From Blepharisma stoltei ATCC 30299 (taxonomy: Eukaryota > Protista > Ciliophora), in contig CBFDEM010000010.1 of the NCBI GenBank assembly GCA_965603825.1, positions 186,001 to 250,000 of the forward strand: a stretch of 64,000 nucleotides of DNA, in the 5' to 3' direction. Positions 46,812-58,300 of the stretch are shown here, one piece after another. Numbering within the stretch: the stretch's first letter is position 1; each line of letters opens with the position of its first letter. The notes below the pieces were generated by a model that was not told the DNA's origin, did not search any database, and saw nothing but the letters and a program-made list of their open reading frames with translations. The position numbers and the translations under genes are program-made.

Positions 46812-47348
46812 ATGATAATCAAGACCATCTTAATTTTGGTTTGGGTTTCGATTATTTATTTTATCTTAAGTGTCGGTGGTGATATTCTAGACAGAGCTCC
46901 TGCTGAAAATTGCGATTATTGTGCTATAGCTAACAACACAATCCCCAAGCGAAAATTTTATGAATCAGAAGAAATCGTTGCCTTCAATGCTCCTGAGCCA
47001 AGCTGCAAAAGGCATTACTTAATAACTCCAATAGAGCACATAAAAAATGTTCATTCTTCAGAAGTCACATGTGAGCTCATAAACTCAATGCAAAAAGTTT
47101 GCTTGGATTTATTAGAAAATCATAATCGAGAAAATCTCAAAAATAGAATATTTTTCGACAACCCTCCATTTTACAATGTAAAACACTTACATCTGAACTG
47201 CATGGGCTGCGATAAAAGTGATGAGTCTCCATTCTCCTTTAGATTTTACAGCAATATTTTTAGCGAGCTCGCATCTCCTGACACCACACAAAAATGCCAA
47301 GATTCCAGCGTATTTACAAATAATACTAACACTAACAAAGATTTATAA
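46812..47348 (+). CDS. HIT-family (HINT3-like) protein with N-terminal hydrophobic segment
   Basis: CDYCAIA, HYLITPIEHI, FDNPPFYNVKHLHLN. Confidence 0.82.
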   Translation: MIIKTILILVWVSIIYFILSVGGDILDRAPAENCDYCAIANNTIPKRKFYESEEIVAFNAPEPSCKRHYLITPIEHIKNVHSSEVTCELINSMQKVCLDLLENHNRENLKNRIFFDNPPFYNVKHLHLNCMGCDKSDESPFSFRFYSNIFSELASPDTTQKCQDSSVFTNNTNTNKDL

Positions 47349-47355
47349 AGAAATA

Positions 47356-49149
47356 TTATAAACAATAAGAATTATTGATGCCAATAAAAGTGACAGGGAA
47401 GCTTGCATCTAAAAATGAGGATTCTGATTGGTCTTTATGGATTTTTTGCTTATTTGTCTGAGGGAAAAATGTGCATTGATTCATTTCTGTTATTTCTTTT
47501 ATTGATCTTTCTTTCTTAAGCTTAGATTGAGTTATTTCGAGCTTTTTGGCATTTCTCACATAAATAGGCTCTCCTGTAGAGTCTTGGGAAAATGAGGTAT
47601 TTATTGAAGGCTTAAATGTGTACTGAGGCTGCTGTTGGGGCTTCGGCTTATTTGACATCAATAAAATACTTTTTTCACCTGGACTGAGAGTTTTCAGCAG
47701 TAATTCTACAGATTCCAAAAATTCGTCAAAATTTAGAGTTTCATTCATATTGGTCAGCTCTTCTATTAAAGGGTACAAAATTGCTCTGATAGTTGGAGGC
47801 AAGCTAGATTTTTCTATTGTCCTGCTGCTAATATTGCCATTTTCATCAGGATCCATCATTTCGAAAATCTCTTTTAGTCTCAAATATTTTATTCTTTCCA
47901 CAATTTTTTCAGAGGTCATGTTGCCCAAATGTTTAGGGGACTGTGATTTTATTTCAACCGAGATTGATTTTTTAGCGTAAGAATATAAATGCTCCCCAAT
48001 ATCTTTTACATCTCTTTTAGCAGGAGCTCTTCCTATGCGCGGCCTAAAGAAAGGCTGCCCTGTGACTGGATCAGTGTTTTCTTGTGAAGTAGAAATTTCA
48101 GGAGGGTGCTTATCTTTGCTTTTTTCAGTTTTGCTGAATGATTTATTCACTTTGCTGGTTAAGCTTGTATCTGGAGCAAAAGGGCATATTGATCTCAGTC
48201 TATATAAAATTTACACATTATGAGAAAAAATTGTCATCTTTTCATCTTTAACTCTTGCGTTATCATAAAGCGCTGCAAATCTATCAGGAGATGTGCATTT
48301 AAACCTGGCCATTTCTGAGCTCTTTTGATTGATAGCTGGTGCAAATGTGCATTTTTTCATTTCTTCCTCTAATATTTGACTTCTTTTCTTTTCAATGTTT
48401 TGCTCTTTTTCTTTTCCTTTTTCCAATAAGTGAGAGATGTTTCTAGAAATTGGCGATTTAGAGTTAGTTTTTGGCTTAAATGTCAAATCTTTCATGGCTT
48501 CATCTAATTGCGTTTGCTTAATTTTTTGGATTTTTTTCTCAGTTTTCTCTTTCAGCATGATTCCTTTGTAATAAAGCTTATCACCATTATTATTAATAGG
48601 CTTTTGTGACGCAGATCTAGGTTTAGGCTTTTCTGTTTCTTTTTTTGGGCTATGTTTTTGACCAATTTTATGCAATCGATCATAGACATTTCCTATGAAT
48701 TTTCCTTCGATAAGCTTTCTTGAATGCTCATTTATTTTGGGCTGATGATTTTGCGACTCAGGCTGATAATTTTGCCGTCCTCTATATTGAGAATTTTCTG
48801 GGCTTTTTTTATTCATCCTGCTGCTTCCTTGATTTTGAAATAATAGAGATGCTGCTTGCCTTTCTTCTTCTACAATAAGACTTATATTATATTCAATTTG
48901 CTCTTTTAGAGCTTCTTCTACGTCAGCTCCTAAGTTGTGCTTAAGACAAAACTGCTCAGCTAAAATTTCAGGTTTATCTCCTTCGTGAACCGTTAAATCA
49001 TCTGATCTTCCGTCACCTATATCGATTGTCATGATGAGAATTTCATGCTTGTCTTCAGATAAACTGCGGCTAAAAGAAATATCTGATAGTTCTGCATCTA
49101 TTGTTGAAATATCTTGAGAAGGGATAAAGTTCGGACTTCTTTCATCCAT
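47356..49149 (-). CDS. ciliate TFxP-repeat protein with EF-hand-like segment
   Basis: Recurrent LTFKP/CTFAP/CPFAP/YTFKP/CTFFP; EIFEMMDPDENGNIS; two ORFs joined by intron 48200-48214. Confidence 0.8.
48200..48214 (-). other. 15-nt intron
   Basis: GTAAATTTTATATAG; removes in-frame stops. Confidence 0.85.
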
Positions 49150-49482
49150 TTTAGAATTAAATTACTAGTTAATTAAAATTAATAATTCAGTGAATATCAT
49201 ATTCAAGATTCTTTCTGTTGCACAGCACGTCGAATTTGGCCAATAATTTTATTAGCTCTACTAAACTGATGTGAAAATTATGTTATTTACAATCACAGGC
49301 ATGATATCATAAAATTAGCTATTATAGTGTAATTTATTTCAGCTACTAAACAAATTAAATTAAAAAGAATAGGAAATTAATAAGCTTGCAATAAATTTTA
49401 AATGGAAATTTTCGCTTTAATCCTTTAGAGGAGTATTTAAATGACTCCTTTAAAACTAAACTTTCAGGAGAAATTAATAAAA

Positions 49483-50799
49483 ATGGTCTCAAAAGTTTGA
49501 CTTTTGAGTTTTATAGTTCTTACTATTTCAGCTCATGAGGAATCATCTGAAAAACTACTTGGAGATACAGATGGAACTTGGTCACTTATGGGCTTCTCTG
49601 GGTGGGCAGGCGAAATCTTAATGAACCCTTTAACTGGGTCATCTTATTTCTATTGGTTTTTCCAAGCAATTGAAGGAAATGCTACATCAGATACACGACC
49701 ACTTATTATTTGGCTTCAAGGAGGTCCAGGATGTTCAGGTAATTATGGAATGCTGTTTGAAAATATTGCTCCATTTACAGTCAATAATAAATCAGAGCCT
49801 ATCCCAAACCCTTATACATGGGCTAGCGATTTTCATGTAATGACAATTGATCACCCTCTTGGTGCTGGATTCTCTGTTGCTAAAGCATCTTACGATATGA
49901 AAAACACCACAGCAGGCTCCACTCAGCAGCTTTACAACTTACTCGTAAAGCTCAATACAAAATATCCATGGATGTTTAATCGTCCTTTGTTTATTTTCGG
50001 AGAAAGTTTTGGAGGCCACTGGATACCTGCAATTGCCTACACTATTTTGATGAACAATAACAACCCTGTTTCCTCTCAAATAGCTCATTTTAACTTGCAA
50101 GGAATTGGTGTTGGCGATCCTTGGACAGATCCAATTACTCAAAGCCAAAAATACTCAGCTTTTTCAGTAGCAACTGGGCTTCTCAACCAAGAAGAGCTTG
50201 AAATTATCCAGACATATGAAGCGCAAGTTCTCAATGAAATTAATACAGCTGAATGGGATGATGCAGAAAATGATTGGACTTCTATAACTGACTTGATTGT
50301 GAACTACGCTGGAGGAATTAATGTTTACAATATAAGGAGCTATGAAACTAACTACAATATTCACGGAATTCCTGCATGGCTCGACTCAGAATCCACAAAA
50401 AATTTGCTGCATGTTCCTCAAAACCTGCATTGGGTTGACTGCAGCAATTCTGTATATAATGCTATGACTGTTGACATTATGAACACAGCAATTCACTATT
50501 TACCATTTGTAATTGATACGATCCCTGTTATGATTTACAATGGGCAAGACGATTTAATCGTCAATATTTTGTCAACTGAAGCTATGGTCGCTAATATAAA
50601 TTGGCCAGGAATACCTTATTTCCAATATTCTCCAAAGGTGCTATGGACTGTTAATGGAATGGTGGCAGGATTTGCACAGACCTATGAAAATTTCAGCTTT
50701 GTGGTCGTTTTGAAATCAGGGCATATGGTGCCTCATGACCAGCCTATAAATGCACGAGACTTAGTTTATAGATTTGTGAATGGTGAAGGATGGAGCTAA
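49483..50799 (+). CDS. serine carboxypeptidase (family S10)
   Basis: WLQGGPGCS, GESFGG, GQDDLIV, SGHMVPHDQP; signal peptide MVSKVWLLSFIVL includes one TGA. Confidence 0.94.
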
Positions 50800-50901
50800 A
50801 TAATTTATTAGGAATAAGATAAAGTTTTGCTGCTAATTTAAGGCTATTTAAAATTAATTAACCTCAAAATTTTAAAGACGTTGTGAATATTTATTATATC
50901 A

Positions 50902-51519
50902 TTAGAAATTACTTTTCTTTTCTGTTATTGGAAGCTCTTCAGGTTTGAACCAATTACGAATCCTATCCATAATAGTTTCCTCAGTTACTAGCTCATCATT
51001 ATTCTCTTCTAACTGTCTATTAGCTCTCTCGACTTTACCTTTGCAGTTATTTCCAATGACTTTATCTAAAAATCTTTCTCATTCCTTATTTTCTCATTGT
51101 CTCTCTGTTGCTGATGCAATTGTGTAATCAATTTTCCTTTCCTCAATTTCCTCTCTACCCAAATCGCACTTATTTCCTACCACCAAAACTGGAAAACTCT
51201 CATCTTTTAATAGTCCAAAATTATCATTCAGTCATGGTCTTAATTCTTTTCTCCACTTTTTTAAATTTCTGTACGTCTTAGAGTTGCTTAAATCATGCAC
51301 AAAAATATAGCCATCAAAATATTTATAAAACATCAGCCTCAAATTTTTATGACATTCATTCCCTGAAAAATCCCATCACTCAATGGTTTTATTTTGGTAA
51401 ACTGACACAAAAATGTTAATTGGCGATGAATACTTGCATGAATCCTGTGTAAACTCGCTGATTAATGTCGTTTTCCCTACTCCTGGATCGCCAGAAATGC
51501 ATATTGAATATGTTTCCAT
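50902..51519 (-). CDS. Rab-like small GTPase, RABL3-like, 205 aa
   Basis: GDPGVGKT, WDFSG, FVHDLSN, VGNKCD, RFLDKVI; four TGA; no prenylation motif; absent from the ORF track. Confidence 0.85.
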
Positions 51520-51528
51520 ATATTGTAA

Positions 51529-51843
51529 ATGAAAAATAAGAAAGAGAAAGCGCCAAAGAACTATGATATTTCCTTTGATCTCAATGACAGAAACCAGTAC
51601 TTAAGCAAGTTTAATCATACAAGGAAGCAGAAGAAAAAAATAGTGGAGAAAAGAAATGAATGGAAAAAGAAGCAGGAAAAGATGCTGAGGAAGCAATTGA
51701 AGAAGGAAGAAAGGGAAAAGACCTTGCAAAATATCGAAGTGATTGAAGAAATCGAGCAGGGATTTAAGGAGGAAAATTATGAGCAGGAAGATTCGTTGAA
51801 CAATACAGTGGTGGAAGTTCAGACAAAAATAACAAAAACTTAA
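51529..51843 (+). CDS. Rrp17/Nop25 (nucleolar protein 12)-like small protein
   Basis: ISFDLNDRNQYLSKF..RKQKKK followed by a basic helix. Confidence 0.65.
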   Translation: MKNKKEKAPKNYDISFDLNDRNQYLSKFNHTRKQKKKIVEKRNEWKKKQEKMLRKQLKKEEREKTLQNIEVIEEIEQGFKEENYEQEDSLNNTVVEVQTKITKT

Positions 51844-51858
51844 ACAAAATTATTTTGA

Positions 51859-53328
51859 TTAATCATCTTCTTTAGGTCTACTTAATTTAGGAGGTAAAAA
51901 ACTGTTAATGGTTTGATAATAGGCAGTAGCTGGAATTGCAGAATAGATATTGACAGTCATAATTCCATAGGCGCTATACCTAATTCCAGCTAAGACTAGA
52001 AAAGGATGAGAATACGTACAATTAAGCAATCTTCCAAATGGCGTATTCAATATTATAGGCTGGCTATCACTATATCTTTGCAAATGGACTTTTATTAGCT
52101 TATCAGATGCTCTTTCAGATTTAGAAATATACATGATTTTGAATGGAGAGACATCAATAAAATATTGAAAATTCAAGCATCGGAAGCTTCATTGATCTTC
52201 TACGCTATGATAAGTTGAAGTTGCTATGTTGAAAATGACAAAATTGTTTGATCTTCCATCTTGGAATATGATATATTCTTTTATCACTGCAAATCCATTG
52301 TGGCAAAAAACATTCAATTTTGTTTTATTTTTATAGAGCTGATTATTCCCATCTAAAAATAATACAACCGAATGCTGGTATCCATCAGGAGTTTCATATT
52401 TTGTTGATTTCAAACATGTGACTTTGGTTGTAATTTGGATTTCATTTGCAGGAATCGATTGATTAGCATTGTAAAACTTAATTATATTTTCATAGTGAAT
52501 AAAAAAGGCATTTGCTGCAGGGTTTGGAATATGCAAATTTAAATAATTATCCGATTTCAAGTATGAATGACTTATCATTGTTTTTGATTCTTCAAATTTC
52601 ATAGCTCGAAGCTTCTCCAACTGCCTATTAAATAAAACTGCCTCGTATTTTTTTAAGCAAATAATATGCTGCCCATTATTGAAATACTCAATTTTTAAAA
52701 TTGGCTTTTTTCGGTCATCTTGCTTTGTAAGCCTCGAGCAATTTATATCAGGAAAATATTCAAGTGAGGGATCTGGGCCATACGAAAATAATTCCAAATT
52801 TCCTCCACTAGAGCAGACAATTCTATTTTTATGACCAGCAGCAGCAATAATTCTATCTTGGCAAATTCAAGTTTCTTTTCTTGTGAAGTCATTTCTGAAT
52901 GAAGATATTGAAAAGACCAATATATTATTGTCTTCATAACCAAAAAATAAATGCTCTTGCTTATATGATAAATAATGAAAAATTATTGATGGGCACTTTG
53001 ATCATTTTAAGGCTACAGATGGCAGCTTTCCAGTTGATAAATTTGCTTCAAGTATTGACTCAATTAGGCTTGTTCCTACATCATCGCCATTGAATAACGT
53101 ATTTACTTTGTCTAATTGGTGATGCTTATCATGAATGGAGACATGAGGGTCATAGACATATTTCCAAAATTTTTTGCAGGTCATTGTAAAATTCAAGTAC
53201 TCTTGGAATGTTAAAAATGATATAATCTCTCTTATCATGTTGGCTCCTAATAAAAAGATAGAGCATTTGTTGTCTTTATTATTTTGGTATCTGACTAATA
53301 AGTTGAAATTTGGTTTTTTTGATTCCAT
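51859..53328 (-). CDS. F-box protein with beta-rich C-terminus, about 489 aa
   Basis: LGANMIREIISFLTFQEYLNFTMTCKKFW; three ORFs in one frame joined by TGA. Confidence 0.8.
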
Positions 53329-54041
53329 TAAGGTTTTATAATCAGAGCGAACCAGATTTTAAAAATGTTAAAATCAACATTTTTAAAATATTTCACAGTT
53401 AATCTGCTACATATAAGCAATTTTCTTATCATTCCATAAAATTACAAATTTGTGTTTTTTGGCTAAAATCAAATAGCATTAACATTAGCTTAGCGGTTAT
53501 CACCCATTATAGGTAAGTATTTTCCCAAAAACTATCCTATTCTTAATAATCTCTCCAATAAATCTTCGAATATTCCTATTTATGACCTCAATTTGATCCC
53601 GACATTTCTCCAACACTATTTTCTCAAGCCTCCAAACTTACAAAACTATTTCTGTTAAACTCATCTTATCTAATTCCTCCTGCTAAATTTAAACGCTGTC
53701 CATACTACGAATGTATCTCATGCGCTATCTACTTGCTGATTTGAATATCTCGAAAAGAGGCAGCCTCTGTCTAGGGAATAGTTTTTACAAGTCTAACTTC
53801 GATTATGAAATGAGCATTTGCAGTCATTTTTTCAATTTTTACAAATTTAAGTTAGTCTTCGCATTCTATAATCAATTAATAACTAAAAGCTGATATAATT
53901 TATATAATAAAAGCTAATTCTTTTGTATTCTTTATAAACTTATTAATTCTGCTTGCGTTTCTGCTTAATATATCTTTAGGTAACCAAAGAAATTTCTATA
54001 CTTAATCATTAGAAAGTAAATAATATCAGAAAAAATTTCAC

Positions 54042-54764
54042 ATGTCATTTTTAAAGAGAGTTTTATCTCGTGAACCTATTAAGAAAGGCACTAGCGTCCC
54101 ACCTAAAACGAATCAAATTTCAATCAAAGTTGAGAATATTCCAAGCACTAAACTTAAAAAATCCAAATTATTTCAAAGAAATTTCCAAGAAAAATCCCCA
54201 GAAAAATATTCGACAAGCTCACCGTCATCACTCAAGAAGCCTCCACTTTCAGTTCGAAAATTGCCTATATATAAAAGTAGTCCAGAGATTCCTCAGCTTC
54301 ACATAAGCTTAAAATTTTTATCTACTCCAGTATCAACTGTGGTTTCTCCTAGAATAAAAAAAGCTAATCCACAATTGATAGTCAAGCCAAATGATTTTAT
54401 TGAGCCTGAAGTAGAGACTGATATACCAACACTAAAAGAATATATGGAAAATACTACAAAATCCAGGCTAAATGTTTCCTTTGCAGATACAGCTACTGAT
54501 AGTGCTTCAAAAAGATCTGCTAGTCAAGTTTCAAGGAGTTTTATTGACGATAATGCTGTAGAAAAAATACCTGAAAGATCAAATTCTTTAAAAAATATTA
54601 AAGAAAAAGATAATCTAGCGAGATTAAAGGAAATGCTTGGAATTAATGCAGAGAAGGAAGTAAAGCCCTCAACAAAAAATAAATTGATTGAAGAAAAAAA
54701 TTGCAAATATTCCAACAGGGTAATGATATATAAAGAAAAAGGGAGCAGATTGCATAAAAATTAA
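54042..54764 (+). CDS. hypothetical low-complexity basic protein
   Basis: 240-aa ATG-to-TAA ORF; no domain recognised. Confidence 0.65.
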   Translation: MSFLKRVLSREPIKKGTSVPPKTNQISIKVENIPSTKLKKSKLFQRNFQEKSPEKYSTSSPSSLKKPPLSVRKLPIYKSSPEIPQLHISLKFLSTPVSTVVSPRIKKANPQLIVKPNDFIEPEVETDIPTLKEYMENTTKSRLNVSFADTATDSASKRSASQVSRSFIDDNAVEKIPERSNSLKNIKEKDNLARLKEMLGINAEKEVKPSTKNKLIEEKNCKYSNRVMIYKEKGSRLHKN

Positions 54765-55353
54765 TTATCAATACAATGATGGCTAATTATAATGCATATA
54801 TTTTAGAATTAAAATTTTTAATTTTATTTTAAGTTCGGCTTTATACTAAATTCAAAGCTCATAATATTTTATCCTCATTGAATCATTTGCTGAGCATTGC
54901 TATGATTAAAAACTGTCTTAAAAAGGCTGTCTCTATATCTTTAATTCTTTGTTCATACTTAAAAACATTTAAAATTAAATTAGAAAAGATTAGAAGGAAG
55001 GTTTAAGTTAAGTCATTTTTATTTTAATTGTAAGCAAATTTACATTTACAAGCTTAATCAGCATCGTCTAGCTGCTGACGGTCATCGCTATTTCAAGAAT
55101 GTCTTCTCTAAAAGCAGGCCAATCCAATACTTTTCAGTTATCGTTTATTGAAATAAAACGAATCTCTTTGAAATACCCCAATCCACTTACGCAAAGTTTA
55201 TACTGCCAAGAGGGCCTAGTAGCTATTTAGCCTTGGGCCCTGCTCTCCATGCAGCTCTGGGACTTATTGCACTCCAGGCTCTCTTTTATGAGTTGGAAAA
55301 TATGATGAAATTATTAATAGAGTCATAATTTCTGTTTAAATAATAGTAATAAA

Positions 55354-58300
55354 TTAATCATTAAGCTGGCACAATAAAGCCGCACCTCTCAAAGTCCAAT
55401 ACTCTGGAGACTCTTCTGTAGGCAAATCAATTGCCAAAATAAAGTTCGTGGACTGCCCAGTAGTTGATAGCACACCAGCTCTTACTGAAGTCTTATATAT
55501 TGGACATTGATAATCTTGTGGGGAAGTCTCGTAGTCGTCTGAAGGTAGAAAATGAATGACAGGCATTTTTGAGTAAAGCTCTCCTGGCAGCTGGTCTGTC
55601 AGCATCTTATAATCCCTGTCCCATCTTGCTCCATCTAAGTATAATCCATATATAAAGACTCCGTCAAAATTATTCTGTGAAATGTCTTCTTTGTCTTTAT
55701 CTGTCACTGTAAAGCTAAATCTTACTTTATCAATCGAAATTTTATACCGTCTAGCATAAGTTTGCAAAGTTCCTGTAATAAACGACTGCGGGAAAAAGAA
55801 TCCTGAAAGCCAATAGCAGGTTGGGTTGCCTCGCTTAAGCCAATCATCCATGAATGCCACTCTTGCCTTTAAGTCTTCGACCCAGCTTGCTAAAGGTTTA
55901 AGTGAAGGATATGAGACTTTTCTCCAATTCCCTGGGATTTGGAATTTTATTATGGATGAATACATTTCATCAAGCTCCTGAGACATGACAACTTCTCCCT
56001 TTATAGCTCTCTGCAACTCTATTAGCGATCTCTGCATTTTTACTAGGAGCTTATTAAATCTTTCCACTTCGTGCAGCAGGACAGTTGTTAATGAAGGAAT
56101 CAGATCATACTCAGCTTTCACAAATAAGTCATGGTGCCCTGATTTTATGTCCAACGGCTCAGGAATTGTAGCTATAACAGAATCAGCGAACTCAGTGACT
56201 ATCTCGTCGTTTGATTTTCCTCCAGAATTTCCGGCCTCTCTAGGCTGTATAGAAAGGATTGTTGCTAGGACTTTCTCTGATTCTTGGGTTTGATAAGAAA
56301 TATTCGCATTTTCATGGAGCCCAAATATTTCTGGAAGGTCGTTTGTGGGTAAATTTTCTATATACTTCTTATATGATTCTAGATTGCCATCTACAGGAGC
56401 CAAATAAGTCCCACTTTCACTAAAGATGTAGCCCTCCTCCAATATGTCAGGTGTATAGAATTTTTTTAAGGTCGATAATAAGCAAGTTCTATCCCAATCA
56501 TCAGTCACTCTTCCTCCATAGTTAATATGTCCAGTCAAGTACAGTAAAGCATCCCATGGGACTTCTTCCTGTTCTTCTAAAAACTTCTTCAAAAACTTTC
56601 TAGATGTTTCCAAATCGGTTGCATTAAACTCATATCTGATATTAAATCCTAATGGGCCGAATTTTCTTCTTTCTTGTATAACTGCATGGAAAAAGGTTAA
56701 CCCAAAGCACAGTTTTCTCCATATTTGTGGCTTACTGCTATCAGCTAAATTTTCTTCAGATATTTCTGCATATGACTTTTTCATGTTTGCTTTTATTCCT
56801 CTTGGGGGCTCTGTTGTGATTTTTAGGCCATTTTGTAATACACTCACAGGGAAATAATCTGCTGGCATTGATGTTAAAAAGAATCGGAACGAAGGAGAAA
56901 TATTGGTTTCTTCTTGCAAATCCTGAACTAGTTTTTCTAGGGAAGGCATTCATGACTTAGCTAAATGGCAATTTTGTAGAACAAGCCATCGGCCAGTTTT
57001 TTTGCAGTGGATTAATTCTTCTTGAGCTCGAGGTCCTTGGCCTTGGCCTAATGAAATAATTGAAGTTTTATCTGTAAACTCCATTTGGTGAGCAAATGCC
57101 ATTAAGGATACAGTCGGATCGGCTCCTTGAGATAGAACAAAAATGATAGGAGTTCGGTTATCACTGTCTGCAAAAAGGCTTTCCATTGTAGCTGATGGGC
57201 TCTCTACAAAGAATGAGCCAAGGGTTTTACTTACAAATGCTGTAAAGGCTAATAATAGTTTATCAGTTCTGAAACTTCTGACAATAATTAGCTTGAAAAA
57301 TGGGTCTATTTTTGATTCCCAGTCTAGCGGGAGAGGAGTCTGATATAAATCTTGAGAACCCGCATATTCTCGCCACAATGACAAATTTAAAGCTATGCTC
57401 TTTGTCAGTCCCACTAAGTTTGGAAATGTCTTTTCTAATGCTATTAGTAACTCCCAGCTCGCTTTTCCTATCAAAGCAGGATCAGGATTATCTGGAAGTT
57501 TTCCTGTCATAAGTCCAGCTCCTCTTAGCAATAGATTCCAGCCTGCAGCTGGGATTATCCCTTCTTTTCTTTGTATTGCTGTTGTTATTAAAAATGAAAA
57601 AATTTGCTTATGAGTTTCAAATAGCCCTCTGCAAATATTTGTATAAATATTTCTTGTACTAGCTTCCAGCACAATCTGTATTCTTTTGGATATATCCTTT
57701 GTTTTTTCTGAATTCTCAATAGAGTAACTGAATAATTTTTTCATATAAACAAGAGAATACTGATACATTGGGTCTATTCCAGCAAGCTCTACGACTACAA
57801 AATATAAAATTGCTCCTCTGGTTGCAGCTCCTCTATACTGTTCTCTCACTAGATTTAGATTTTGTTCGATTGTTGAAGACTCTTTGACTCTTTGCGTGAT
57901 ATCTTTTGAGGTAGATTTAGACTGCTGCATAGTTGCTATAAGCTTTCGATCATCCAAAATATTTCCTCCAGAGCTGTCAGCAATGAGCTGCAGTATAGAA
58001 TTTTGGATATCTACAAGTCTTTTATTGTCAGTCGCCATCTGTATGATAAGCTGAGTTTTTTGCTGTTCCACTTCATTGTTTTCAATTTTCACGACGTCTG
58101 CCAGTAATTGCTCTTCAAGCCCTGCAAAAGTGACAGTAAAGTTAATGATGTTTACCTTTATGCAAACTTCTGGTAAATAGTGAGGGTTTGGCAACTTGGT
58201 GGTAAGATATAAACGGAAGCCTTCATCATAATTAATATCAGATTCTCCTAAGTGGACAAGTAATCTTCCATCTGTGTGCTTATAGATTTGCTTAGCTATT

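Noticed and set aside
53560-53720. Reverse transcriptase call for the minus-strand fragment (DSV..EELDKM)
   Set aside because: No QG or YADD motifs; resemblance too weak to annotate as a mobile element
55200-55290. U1/U2 snRNA, RNase MRP or telomerase RNA call
   Set aside because: Lacks ACTTACCTG, GTGTAGTA, a clear Sm site or a telomeric template; kept only as a low-interest finding
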